From NCBI GenBank assembly GCA_033763455.1, contig JANRKO010000028.1, positions 96,001-160,000 of the forward strand: a stretch of DNA of 64,000 nucleotides. The letters run 5' to 3'. Shown one piece after another: positions 20,329-29,533 of this stretch; the stretch's first letter is position 1; the number at the start of each line of letters is the position of its first letter. Position numbers and translations under genes: made by a program. This DNA comes from Polyangiaceae bacterium (GTDB lineage: Bacteria; Myxococcota_A; Polyangia; Polyangiales; Polyangiaceae). The notes under the pieces were generated by a model. The model did not search any database. It had not been told where the DNA came from and worked only from the letters and a program-made list of their open reading frames with translations.

Positions 20329-20414
20329 CGATAAAGTGATGATCTGGGAGGCCTCCAATTAACTTGGAGGTAGGAATTGTGGGCCGGCGTAATGCGGCGG
20401 ACCGCACGTGATGA

Positions 20415-20430
20415 TGGTTCGAGATTTGCA
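20415..20430 (+). promoter_or_regulatory. sigma54-type promoter
   Basis: TGGTTC-GAGAT-TTGCA upstream of the ferritin-like gene. Confidence 0.6.
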
Positions 20431-20460
20431 CAGCGGAGCCACTCGTAACCCTCCATCAGA

Positions 20461-20817
20461 ATGGACACCCCTATAATGACCAATCAATCTCAGACAGAAC
20501 GCAAGGCAGGACGCGCAACCGAAAAATCCACCAAGTCGAAACAAAGGAACGGCTCACAGAATGCCGCTCTTGGCGAAGCGAATACCAGCGATGGCGTGTA
20601 CGGCCTCATAAGTATTTTATACCACGCTCTCCAAGGTGCTGACACTTACGCGGAGTATGTGGAAGACGCAGAAGAAAGCGGAGACGAAGAGCTTATCACT
20701 TTTTTCGAGGCCTGTCGGGACGAGGAACAGGAACGCGCGGAGCAAGCCAAGAGCTTGCTCGCCACGCGCCTTCGGGGAGACATGGATGGCCTCGCCCAAG
20801 AAGAAGAAGAAGGGTGA
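20461..20817 (+). CDS. Small acidic helical (half-ferritin-like) protein
   Basis: YGLISILYHALQGADTYAEYVEDAE..GDEELITFF..EQERAEQAKSLL helix-hairpin pattern. Confidence 0.7.
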   Translation: MDTPIMTNQSQTERKAGRATEKSTKSKQRNGSQNAALGEANTSDGVYGLISILYHALQGADTYAEYVEDAEESGDEELITFFEACRDEEQERAEQAKSLLATRLRGDMDGLAQEEEEG

Positions 20818-20862
20818 GGGGCCCGAGCGAAGGGAAGTGCGAGTTTAAACGAACGAGCGCGG

Positions 20863-23376
20863 CTAGCCGTTCGGAGGAGGCATTCGCCCGGCTAGCTGCG
20901 CGATCACCGCAACTAAGTGTTTCGGGTCCATCGGCTTGGTCATATGCATCTGAAAGCCCGCCCCAAGGGCACGCCTTCGATCTTCAGCGCGAGCATAGGC
21001 GGTGAGAGCGAGTGCGGGAATGCCGCTTAGCATGGCGTCATCCAGAGCTCGCACCTTGCGCATTAAAGTGTAGCCGTCTTCGCCGGGCATTCCGATATCG
21101 CTCACCAGAACATCGAAATTCCCAGTCTCAAGCTCGGCTAAACCTTGACTTGCGGAGACCGCCTCCACAGCAATGGCTCCTGAGTTGCGCAAGATGAGCG
21201 CTAGCAGTTCGCGGGCGTCGGCTTCGTCGTCGACCACTAGTATTCGAAGGCCGTCGAGGGCGCGCGGCACCAAACTTACCTCATGTTTGAGGTCTGTTAC
21301 GGGTTCGGGTTCGGGGATCTCGTGGAGTCGGGGCACGCCAGTCGCTCGGATGGGGAGCAGCACCATAAAGGCAGAGCCCTTGCCTTCTCCCGCGCTTGAT
21401 GCGTCGACCGTGCCACCATGCAGCTCGACCAAATGCCGCACAATGGCGAGCCCCAGGCCGAGGCCTCCGTACCTGCGATCGGCGCCGGAGTCAGCCTGGC
21501 GGAAGCGCTCGAACACCGACGGCAGAAACTCTGCCGAGATGCCCTTTCCGGTATCTTCTACGCTGATCACCAATTGAGAATCTCGGCGGCTGGCTCTCAA
21601 CGTCACCGTGCCGCCGCGAGGCGTGAACTTGACGGCGTTCGACAACAGATTCCAAACTACCTGCTGCAGGCGATCTGCATCACCCACGATCCGGCCTGCT
21701 TCTCCGCTCACCTCAAACACGAGCTCAACTCCTTTTGATTGGGCCGCCGGGCTCACGGTTTCGAGCGCTGCCTCCAGGACCAGCCGAACATCGAATGTGT
21801 CGGCACGAATGCGCACTTTACCGGCAATGATGCTCGATACATCTAGAATGTCATCGATGAGCTGTGATTGCGCTTTGGCATTGCGCTCGATGATTGTAAG
21901 CCCTTTCTTCAGTTGCTCAGGGTTGACGCTTTGCTGGCTCAAGATGCTGGCCCACCCCATCATGGCTTGCAGAGGGGTGCGCAGCTCGTGGCTCACCGTG
22001 GCAAGGAACTCGTCTTTTAGACGGTTGAGCCGCTCGGCATCCCGCCGGGCGTGTTTCTCGCGCTGCAAGAGCTGAGCTCGTTCGGCATCGATTTCGCGTT
22101 TGCGAGTGATTTCCTCGCACAGCGCTCCGACTCCCAGCCAACGCGCTCCGCTCCGTACTGGATAGTAAGTCACCTTCCACCAGCGCTCCACGCCAGGTTG
22201 AGCAGGCGTCGTCCGACTAAGCTCGCCTTCGATGGCCTCTCCGAGTGCGACTACGTGGTGGAAGTTGTCGTTTACGGGCCGCCCGGCGAGCTCAAGCACC
22301 TCAGCCACGGATTTTCCGATGTGTTCCTCTTTGGAGATACCGTTGATTTCTGCAAACGTCGCGTTCAAACGTACGAAGCGGAGTTGCATGTCGCAGAATC
22401 CTATTCCGATGGGCGCCTGCTCAAGTAGCGTATCGAGCAGCACCAGGGACTCCTCATGTTCGCGCCCGAGCCGGTCGCTTTCCTCCTTCGCTGCCTTGAT
22501 CCTAGCTTCGGTTTCTCGCCTGTCGTGAATATCGGTGTTGGTGCCAAACCAGCGAACAACCTGGCCCTCGCGATTTCGCACCGGGCGAACACGGGTCAAA
22601 AACCAGCGAAATTCGCCGTCCGCGCCCCGTAACGGAAACTCCATTTCGAATGGCTCTCCAGAGACCAACGAATGCTTCCAGTGCTCCAACACTGTGGGCA
22701 AGAGCTCCTCGTCGTGGATGCTTTCCCAGCCCCAACCTTCCATCGTTTCGAAAGTGGATCCTGTGTACTCGTACCAGCGGCGATTGTAGAAGTCGATATG
22801 CCCATCCGCCCGAGCGGACCAAGCCAAGTCTGGCAGGTTTTCCACGAAGTTAATCAGGGTGTAGTCGCTCGTTTCAGCACGCTCGGTGGATTCTCGCACC
22901 CTCTGGGAAAGGTTCGACTGTTCGGCGAGTTGCAGGCGGGTGAATTCTGTGACGGCCTCGGCAATGCCGGAATTTATGCAGTTCGAAAGTAGGTCAAATT
23001 CTCGAATAGAGAGTGGGAGAGAGGCGGACTCTGCTTCGTCGAGTAGGGCGCTCCTTAGGAGCCCGTATTCGCGGATGACAGCCGAAAGATCAAAGCCGTG
23101 CTCGAAGCGCTGCTCTCCATGTTCTCGCGCTGTGGCGAGCTGCTCCTCCGGCATTGAGCCTGCGGCTCGAAGGAGGGCATCGGCAAGCTCTTCAAGAAAC
23201 AACGGAAGGCTGTCGATCAGTACGGACTTGGGCGTATTTTCAGGCGGAAGATCGGTGAGCCTGAGCTTGGCGAGGAATCTGTCGATAATAGCCTTCCCCC
23301 GCTCACGGAGGAGCCCAACGAGAGCGATGGTGATCATCGGATCTTTGTTACGCCCCAGGTCGTTGGCGTGAGGCAC
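20863..23376 (-). CDS. Hybrid histidine kinase: RsbRD_N-like-PAS-PAS-HisKA-HATPase-REC
   Basis: AREHGEQRFEHGFDLSAVIREY; PAS (FYNRRWYEYTG..WFGTNTDI); VSHELRTPL; NLLSNAVKFT; VLVSDIGMP. Confidence 0.92.
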   Translation of the reverse strand: MPHANDLGRNKDPMITIALVGLLRERGKAIIDRFLAKLRLTDLPPENTPKSVLIDSLPLFLEELADALLRAAGSMPEEQLATAREHGEQRFEHGFDLSAVIREYGLLRSALLDEAESASLPLSIREFDLLSNCINSGIAEAVTEFTRLQLAEQSNLSQRVRESTERAETSDYTLINFVENLPDLAWSARADGHIDFYNRRWYEYTGSTFETMEGWGWESIHDEELLPTVLEHWKHSLVSGEPFEMEFPLRGADGEFRWFLTRVRPVRNREGQVVRWFGTNTDIHDRRETEARIKAAKEESDRLGREHEESLVLLDTLLEQAPIGIGFCDMQLRFVRLNATFAEINGISKEEHIGKSVAEVLELAGRPVNDNFHHVVALGEAIEGELSRTTPAQPGVERWWKVTYYPVRSGARWLGVGALCEEITRKREIDAERAQLLQREKHARRDAERLNRLKDEFLATVSHELRTPLQAMMGWASILSQQSVNPEQLKKGLTIIERNAKAQSQLIDDILDVSSIIAGKVRIRADTFDVRLVLEAALETVSPAAQSKGVELVFEVSGEAGRIVGDADRLQQVVWNLLSNAVKFTPRGGTVTLRASRRDSQLVISVEDTGKGISAEFLPSVFERFRQADSGADRRYGGLGLGLAIVRHLVELHGGTVDASSAGEGKGSAFMVLLPIRATGVPRLHEIPEPEPVTDLKHEVSLVPRALDGLRILVVDDEADARELLALILRNSGAIAVEAVSASQGLAELETGNFDVLVSDIGMPGEDGYTLMRKVRALDDAMLSGIPALALTAYARAEDRRRALGAGFQMHMTKPMDPKHLVAVIAQLAGRMPPPNG

Positions 23377-23512
23377 GTTAGCGGCGACCTCGACCTATCG
23401 AGGTGTCGTGCTGTGGGTGTCTTTTCATCTCGGGCAAGCATACCCACCGCGCGTGGAGTTGAGAGCACTCACTTGGGCGGTTGCCTCAAATTGATCGAGC
23501 ACTGCTGTGGCA

Positions 23513-24451
23513 TTACGCCTCGCTGCGGCTACTTTGCCTCACCCCTTCTGGGGCAGTGCGGCTCGATAGCTCGCGAACATAGCGTTCGAAAGTGCGCGCA
23601 CCCGCGCTCAAGCGCATCAGCGCGCCTTCTGCGATAGGTATGGCTAGGCGAGGCTCATGGGCAATCAGAGGTCGAATTACTTCGCTGTTCCAGGCGGCGG
23701 AGTGCCGTGTGTCGAGGGTCGCGTGCAAGGCAAAATAGCGACGTGCTTCGCCGCTTACCCCCAGCCGCTTCAAGCCAGCATTTACGAGCGCGGCCCGCCC
23801 GGGAGCCGTTAACTCGATGATACCTAATGCCCCAATTGACTGGTAAGTGTAGTGGCGATGCTTGGCAAGCGCTAACATCAAGTTGGAAAGCGCGAGGCTC
23901 TCCCAAACGGGTTCCACACCATCTGCCGGAAGGCCAAGCTCGCGTGCGAGCGTAACGAGCATCCCACCGTGGGTTGCCTCGGCGTGGCCTTGCCCCATCT
24001 CATCCCAGTAGTTTCGCGCCAGCTCCAGCTTAGCGCGTGGCGGAAGCTTAACCTGGGTGAGAGCGACAAGATCATCAAACCCTGCCTCCCCGGCCACCTC
24101 TTGCGTGAGAAACCACTTCATCTCCGAGAGAGTGGCTGCCTCGGCTAGCCAGGGGAATAACGGATGCCCTTGCCCCGGGCCGTTCTGTGCGAGCGCCTCG
24201 AACCAAGCCAGGAATGCATCCGGCGCTTGCGGAATGCTGCGCGCATGTTCGGCAATGTCGGCACGCTCCTCCTCCACGAAATGGCACTCGATGAGGCCCA
24301 TGCTAGCTTGCTTTAGGACCTTCTCCTCCCACTTCGGTGCGTGGGCGAGCGGTGCCAAGCACTCTTTATTGAATTCAGCGAGTCGCATGTGGAGCGAGAA
24401 GCTCGATTCATGCTGCACAGCCGGGGCCAAGAAGCTCAAGTGGTGATGCAT
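23513..24451 (-). CDS. Heme-oxygenase-like iron-containing redox enzyme (HDO superfamily)
   Basis: EAGFDDLVALTQ, NYWDEMG..THG, IELTAP, YFALHATLD..HS (Glu/His dimetal ligand pattern). Confidence 0.85.
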   Translation of the reverse strand: MHHHLSFLAPAVQHESSFSLHMRLAEFNKECLAPLAHAPKWEEKVLKQASMGLIECHFVEEERADIAEHARSIPQAPDAFLAWFEALAQNGPGQGHPLFPWLAEAATLSEMKWFLTQEVAGEAGFDDLVALTQVKLPPRAKLELARNYWDEMGQGHAEATHGGMLVTLARELGLPADGVEPVWESLALSNLMLALAKHRHYTYQSIGALGIIELTAPGRAALVNAGLKRLGVSGEARRYFALHATLDTRHSAAWNSEVIRPLIAHEPRLAIPIAEGALMRLSAGARTFERYVRELSSRTAPEGVRQSSRSEA

Positions 24452-24462
24452 GCTAGAAGCGG

Positions 24463-24478
24463 TGCAACATTAAGGCCA
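24463..24478 (-). promoter_or_regulatory. sigma54-type promoter for HDO gene
   Basis: Minus strand TGGCCT-TAATG-TTGCA; ATG 24451 is 13 nt after the -12 C. Confidence 0.7.
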
Positions 24479-24494
24479 AAGTGGTGGAGCATGC

Positions 24495-25427
24495 TCAAGC
24501 CGGCATACGTGCGTAGAGGCCCACTGCGGCAAAGCGCTCCACGGGGGCGTTCTCTGCGCGTTCAAGCTCTTCTCCGAAGACGTCTGGATCCAACTCTTGG
24601 TAGTCAAGCGTACAGCCCCGTTCTTCCAGCAAGGGGCGCACACTTCCGAGAAAGTAGTCCTTTCCCTCAATGATGGGCGCCCCCGTGTAGAGCAACAGGC
24701 TACCACCTGGCTCCAGGCGCGTGAGCGCTTCCTTGACGATGCGCACTCCAATTTCTTCGCCGTAGGTACCGCGACCATCGCGGTATTGGCGGGCGAGGGG
24801 ATCGCGAAGGTAGGGCGGATTGGCAACGATAACGTCGAAGGTGCCGTGCACTGAGTCAAAAATGTTACTCCGCACTAGGCCCACCTTGGCACTCAGAGGC
24901 GGCTCTGAAAGGGCCGTGTTTACCTCGGCAAACCACAACGCGCGCTCATTGATATCACACATCACGACGGCGTCGGTGCGGTGCGCCACCCAGAGCCCAC
25001 CCGCTCCGCTCCCGCAGCCGACATCCAAGAGTCGACGGCAGCGCGGCACGAGGCGGCCCAAGAACGAACAAAAGCGGTAGGTATCCGGTCCGAAAAACAC
25101 CGAATCAGCGGTTTCGGTGGGCCACGAGGAGTGCGCATAGAGCTGCCCACCCAAGCTTGCGAATCGGATATCAGATCGGTAGCGCCCCTTTTTCACCTGT
25201 ACCGCGTGGGCATTCTCCAAAAGGTTCACAAACGGTTGAGGCAATATTTCAGGCGCAAACCACATGTTCCACCCGAAGACGTCTCGTAAGGTTTGGGCGA
25301 GCCCAGTGTCTCCCCCGCGGCGCTCCCACACTCGCCGATGGGTTTCGGGAGTGGTAGTTATGAATTGATAACCCGAAGCGCGCAAGGCCCGGCCCAGCTC
25401 CAGCAGTGCTCGCGAACGCGCATCCAT
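24495..25427 (-). CDS. Class I SAM methyltransferase, HemK/MTS-like
   Basis: VFFGPDTYRF, LDVGCGSGAGG, DINERAL, VIVANPPY. Confidence 0.9.
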   Translation of the reverse strand: MDARSRALLELGRALRASGYQFITTTPETHRRVWERRGGDTGLAQTLRDVFGWNMWFAPEILPQPFVNLLENAHAVQVKKGRYRSDIRFASLGGQLYAHSSWPTETADSVFFGPDTYRFCSFLGRLVPRCRRLLDVGCGSGAGGLWVAHRTDAVVMCDINERALWFAEVNTALSEPPLSAKVGLVRSNIFDSVHGTFDVIVANPPYLRDPLARQYRDGRGTYGEEIGVRIVKEALTRLEPGGSLLLYTGAPIIEGKDYFLGSVRPLLEERGCTLDYQELDPDVFGEELERAENAPVERFAAVGLYARMPA

Positions 25428-25431
25428 CCTA

Positions 25432-25710
25432 TTAGCCTTTTGTCGAAACGCGATTGTTCGACCGCGCGTGCGTAATGGCGATCCAGGCGCCGGCTACGCC
25501 TGACAGGAGGAGGAGCCCGTTGGTGATGGTGAAAATCCAGTTTCCGAGTAGGGCGCTGTAAAGGGTGAATCCCAAGGATGCGGCGGTTTGGCCGACGAAG
25601 AGCCATTTGGTCACACCTGCGTGGGCAGGATCGCGCCACTGCTTTCGAACCTGCGCCAGGATAGTTACAAGGAGAATCACCGAGCTCGACCAACCAAGTA
25701 CATCGACCAC
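25432..25710 (-). CDS. PQ-loop/SemiSWEET-like 3-TM protein
   Basis: Three hydrophobic helices; QVRKQW..GVTKWLF..YSALLGNWIFTITN. Confidence 0.75.
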   Translation of the reverse strand: MVDVLGWSSSVILLVTILAQVRKQWRDPAHAGVTKWLFVGQTAASLGFTLYSALLGNWIFTITNGLLLLSGVAGAWIAITHARSNNRVSTKG

Positions 25711-25721
25711 CGCGCGTCTTC

Positions 25722-25737
25722 AGCAATTGCCGTGCCG
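25722..25737 (-). promoter_or_regulatory. sigma54-type promoter (leftward of a divergent pair)
   Basis: Minus strand CGGCAC-GGCAA-TTGCT; GTG 25710 is 13 nt after the -12 C. Confidence 0.8.
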
Positions 25738-25746
25738 TGCAGCCGA

Positions 25747-25762
25747 CGGCACGGCACGTGCA
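25747..25762 (+). promoter_or_regulatory. sigma54-type promoter (rightward of a divergent pair)
   Basis: CGGCAC-GGCAC-GTGCA; in-frame GTG 25774 is 13 nt after the -12 C. Confidence 0.7.
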
Positions 25763-25773
25763 GTGCTAGATGG

Positions 25774-27003
25774 GTGTTTCCTCCCGCGCTTGGCACCTAT
25801 ATTGGCGAGAATTACCGCATTGTCGCCGAGCTGGGGCACGGAGCCATGGGGATTGTGTATGCGGCGCTGGACGAAGCGTTGGAGCGCAAGGTCGCCATCA
25901 AGCTGGTCCGGCCGGCATTCAACGCTGAGAATTTCCGCGAGATGTTTCGACGCGAAGCCCGCGCGCTCGCTCTTGTTGGGCACCCGAATGTGGTCGGAAT
26001 CCATGCTTTCGGAGAGCACGAAGGAGCTCCCTTTATCGTGATGGAGCTTATCGAAGGTGAGAGCCTGGATCGGTGGCAAGTCCGGCAAACTCCCCACCCC
26101 AACCTGGATGCCGCGCTTCACATTCTGGACCAAGTGTGTCTCGGAGTGGGCGCCATCCATGCGGCCTCAACGATTCATCGTGACATCAAGCCTAGCAATA
26201 TCCTGCTGGATCACGATCTTGGGGTGCACGTCTCGGACTTTGGACTCGCTGTGCCTTCTGTTGATGGCGAGTACATGAACGAAGTGGCGGGCACTCCAGG
26301 CTACATTGCGCCGGAAGTTAACTTCGGAAAAGTAAATGAAAGTGCCGCGACGGTCCAAAGTGACGTCTACTCCCTCGGATGCGTAGCGTACGAGCTCCTC
26401 ACAGGGATCCCGCCTTTTTCAGCCGATCACGTCTTTGCCCTCGCCGTCGCACACGCTTTGACACCCGTTCCCACGCCCACGAGCATCCGTCAGGACTTGC
26501 CACCCGCATTTGATGCGGTGCTTGAGCGCGCACTAGCCAAAGACCCCAAAGAACGCACCCCCAGCGTGGAGGCGCTCCGACGCGAGCTTCTACAAGCTCG
26601 AACAAATAGTCTGGACCCCGTACGCATACTGGTGGGCGAGGACGATGCTGACTTTCGTGAGCTCCTTTCCGTAGTCTTGGAGAAGGAATTTCCAAGTGCT
26701 GAAGTGGAGTGCGTTGCTGACGGGTGGAACGTATTACAAGCGTACGATCGCAAGCCAGCATCGGTTCTGATTGTGGATTTGCAAATGCCGATGCTCGATG
26801 GCATGGCCGTGACGGAGCGGGTGCGCAAACGGACGAACGCGCAGTCTGTCGCGATTATTGTGCTCACCGGCGCGGGTGGGCCGCGCGAATGGCAGCTCTT
26901 GGCGGCGCTCGGCGCGGATCGGTTTTTGGTAAAGCCCGTGAACATGGACGACCTGGTCAGCACCATCCGTCGCGCGGCGCACGAACGCGCCACCTCACGC
27001 TAG
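25774..27003 (+). CDS. Hanks-type Ser/Thr kinase fused to C-terminal receiver domain
   Basis: LGHGAMGIVY, VAIK, HRDIKPSN, DFG, GTPGYIAPE; REC: ILVGEDD, DLQMP, LT, VKP. Confidence 0.9.
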   Translation: MFPPALGTYIGENYRIVAELGHGAMGIVYAALDEALERKVAIKLVRPAFNAENFREMFRREARALALVGHPNVVGIHAFGEHEGAPFIVMELIEGESLDRWQVRQTPHPNLDAALHILDQVCLGVGAIHAASTIHRDIKPSNILLDHDLGVHVSDFGLAVPSVDGEYMNEVAGTPGYIAPEVNFGKVNESAATVQSDVYSLGCVAYELLTGIPPFSADHVFALAVAHALTPVPTPTSIRQDLPPAFDAVLERALAKDPKERTPSVEALRRELLQARTNSLDPVRILVGEDDADFRELLSVVLEKEFPSAEVECVADGWNVLQAYDRKPASVLIVDLQMPMLDGMAVTERVRKRTNAQSVAIIVLTGAGGPREWQLLAALGADRFLVKPVNMDDLVSTIRRAAHERATSR

Positions 27004-27040
27004 GCCAGGAATGCGAACAGCTAGCCGGCCCCCCTTAGCT

Positions 27041-27056
27041 TGGTATGGCATCTGCA
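27041..27056 (+). promoter_or_regulatory. sigma54-type promoter
   Basis: TGGTAT-GGCAT-CTGCA. Confidence 0.55.
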
Positions 27057-27105
27057 ACTGCCGCCACGTTGAATCGTTCAATTCGGAGCAAGCGAGGGAC
27101 CGGCC

Positions 27106-27810
27106 ATGCGTCTAGAGGTTGATATTTTTCTTGAGGACGTGATTGAGATCTTGCGCGACCTTTCACCGCTCCACTTGCAGATGGCGTCCGGTGAGGGTGA
27201 GCGCCGCTGGTTGGAACTCCAGGCACCCCGCGCGGACGCCGTTAAGTTAATTGCTGGTGAAGGTATCGAGCTCCGTTCCCGGGCCTCCCTGCGCTATGAG
27301 TTGTCCAAGGTCGCGGTCACCGCCGCGGTTTCGGAGGTGGTGGTCATGCTCCGGCCAACTGTCTTAGATTCGACTCTCGGGGCTCGGCAGCCGCTATTTG
27401 AGGTGCAGCTACTGAGGGCGGAGCTTAACGCCGCTCCAGATGCTTGCTCCGGCCTTGCGGGCGCCGTCCAAGAGTCCTTGGCGTGCGTCAAGCAGAAGCT
27501 CGGATGGGCTTTCGGAGAGGCGCTGTGCATGCGCTTCCAGGTTTCCTCAGGTGCAGATCTTAGCGCGCTATTTTTGGTAAGGGTGCAGGACCGAGCACTC
27601 ACCGTGTCAGACTCATCTATTCGGCTGGTGGTTAATTTTCGTGGGACGTTCTGTCGGAGCGATTTGCAAAAAGCGAGCAATTCGCGAAAAAACACACATC
27701 AAAAGGAACGGCGCGGAACACGCCTCGAAACTGAGCCGCCGTTCGAATCTGCGCAAGGATCCGCGGCAGGCGGGGCAGGCCGGAACTCGGTGACGAGAAG
27801 CTCACGCTAG
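27106..27810 (+). CDS. Hypothetical protein
   Basis: 234-aa ORF with GAGGGA RBS; no family recognised. Confidence 0.55.
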   Translation: MRLEVDIFLEDVIEILRDLSPLHLQMASGEGERRWLELQAPRADAVKLIAGEGIELRSRASLRYELSKVAVTAAVSEVVVMLRPTVLDSTLGARQPLFEVQLLRAELNAAPDACSGLAGAVQESLACVKQKLGWAFGEALCMRFQVSSGADLSALFLVRVQDRALTVSDSSIRLVVNFRGTFCRSDLQKASNSRKNTHQKERRGTRLETEPPFESAQGSAAGGAGRNSVTRSSR

Positions 27811-27916
27811 GAGGGTGGGGCGTTTTGCCGCGTGGCGGCTTGGCAGGGCGTGCGCTACTGCCCCGGATATTCCTCGTGAAAGATAGAATTTCACGTTACC
27901 CCTAGTAACGAGAACC

Positions 27917-27932
27917 TGGCGCGCCCCTTGCA
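27917..27932 (+). promoter_or_regulatory. sigma54-type promoter
   Basis: TGGCGC-GCCCC-TTGCA. Confidence 0.75.
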
Positions 27933-27987
27933 CCGGCGGCCGTTTGGGCGCGTTGGGCGCTACGACCTTATTCGAAAGAGGAACCTC

Positions 27988-28377
27988 ATGTCGCTTTTCA
28001 ATCGGTTGCTAAGAGAAACTAAGACATTACTCACGATGGGAGTTGTCTGTATACCGCTCGCGTGCGGTGGCTCCCAGGTACCCACACGGAGCGTCGCCGA
28101 CGCGCGCGCATCAGCAGCGGCCGCTCAAGCAGTAGGGGCCGAGCGGGATCCCCAGGCAGCTCTTCACCTGAAGCTAGCTAACGACAACCTGGCTCGCGCG
28201 GAGCGTCTGATCGCAGAGGAGGAAATGGAGGAAGCGAAGCTTGTATTAGACGAGGCGAAGATCGACGCCGATCTCGCGTTCAAGCTAGCCAAAGTCTCCG
28301 AATCGAAACGGCAAGTCGGGGAAGCGCAAACGCGGCTACAGGAACTTAGTCAACAAGCCGGAGGCGTAACACCATGA
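27988..28377 (+). CDS. DUF4398 lipoprotein
   Basis: PLAC lipobox, Ala-rich helices (AALHLKLA..A..DADLA); GAGGA RBS. Confidence 0.8.
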   Translation: MSLFNRLLRETKTLLTMGVVCIPLACGGSQVPTRSVADARASAAAAQAVGAERDPQAALHLKLANDNLARAERLIAEEEMEEAKLVLDEAKIDADLAFKLAKVSESKRQVGEAQTRLQELSQQAGGVTP

Positions 28378-29366
28378 ACACAGTCGGGAAATGGACGACG
28401 ATCTTGGCCGTTCTGCCTGTTGCGTGCGGTACCAATGCGGCAACGCCACAGCTTGTGGATGCCAGGCGAACGTACGAACTCGCTTCACGGGGTGAAGCTG
28501 CGACGCGTACTCCGGCGAAGCTTCTGGAAGCCCAGCAGGCGCTAGAGCGTGCCGAAGCGGTGCATCAAGACGATCCTGGCTCGGAGGAGGAGCGCCACTT
28601 TGCGTACTTGGCTCAGCGCCGGGCCGAGCTCGCAATGGCGGAAAGCGATTGGCTCGCCTCCCAGCAGGCCCTTGGAAGCATCGCAAAATCCGAAGAACTG
28701 ATGACCCAGCGAGGCCTGAAAAATGCGCAAGACCAATTGCGCCATCAGACGGGGCAGATAAAGGACTTGCGGGCCAAGGAGCAACAGCTGAACAACAGCA
28801 AGGCCGCGCTAACGGGAGAGCTTGAAGCGGAACGGAAGGCGCGCTTGAAGGCCGAAGAAACGGCACGGGCTGCGCTGCAAAGTCTCAACGAAATCGCCAA
28901 GGTTAAGGAAGAAGCCAACACGATGACCATCACGCTCTCGGGCGCGGTGCTCTTTACAACCGGCAAATCGACGCTTTTGCCTATCGCGCAGGACTCGCTG
29001 AAAAGGGTGGCCGAGGCGCTCAAGTTGCAATCCCAAGAACGCAGCATTGTGGTGGCCGGCCATACTGATTCTCAAGGCAGTGAAGAATCCAATCAGCAGC
29101 TTTCCCTAGCTCGCGCCCAAGCTGTCCGAGACTACTTGGTGAGCCAGGGTGTCGATGCGAACCGCATTAGCGCCGAGGGTCGCGGTGAAAGCCAGCCGAC
29201 TGCTGACAATGCGACTGCCGAAGGGCGTGCCAATAACCGTCGTGTAGAGATCATCGTTGGCGGCGGCCCAACTGCCGAAAAGGATGCCCAGCCCCAAGAG
29301 CGCACTTTACCCAAGAACACGGGGCATGAACCTGCGACGAACCGTAAAGGCCCTGCGCAGCATTAA
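28374..29366 (+). CDS. DUF4398 + coiled coil + OmpA C-terminal domain lipoprotein
   Basis: PVAC lipobox; GHTDSQG..NQQLSLARAQAV..GRGESQP..NRRVEI. Confidence 0.92.
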   Translation: MNTVGKWTTILAVLPVACGTNAATPQLVDARRTYELASRGEAATRTPAKLLEAQQALERAEAVHQDDPGSEEERHFAYLAQRRAELAMAESDWLASQQALGSIAKSEELMTQRGLKNAQDQLRHQTGQIKDLRAKEQQLNNSKAALTGELEAERKARLKAEETARAALQSLNEIAKVKEEANTMTITLSGAVLFTTGKSTLLPIAQDSLKRVAEALKLQSQERSIVVAGHTDSQGSEESNQQLSLARAQAVRDYLVSQGVDANRISAEGRGESQPTADNATAEGRANNRRVEIIVGGGPTAEKDAQPQERTLPKNTGHEPATNRKGPAQH

Positions 29367-29479
29367 TACGGTTCGGTGCGAGGGGGGGGGACCGACCTGG
29401 ACCATAACGAGCCGCGATATTCCGTGAGGAAGCTAACCGCAGACAGTCCACGGTTCCAACGCTCTCTTCCCGTAAGCAA

Positions 29480-29514
29480 CGAGGGGTCAGCGCCTCCTAG
29501 CTACTGACCCCTCG
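29480..29514. terminator. Hairpin between convergent genes
   Basis: Perfect 11-bp stem CGAGGGGTCAG/CTGACCCCTCG, 13-nt loop, weak U-tract. Confidence 0.55.
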
Positions 29515-29533
29515 CACTCGCTCTCTTTTGCTA

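Noticed and set aside
25588..25773. Extended N-termini in the track (e.g. 25588, 5232, 5571, 42666, 43980, 54747)
   Set aside because: They overlap neighbouring genes or promoter elements; downstream starts fit domain boundaries, RBS or promoter spacing better.
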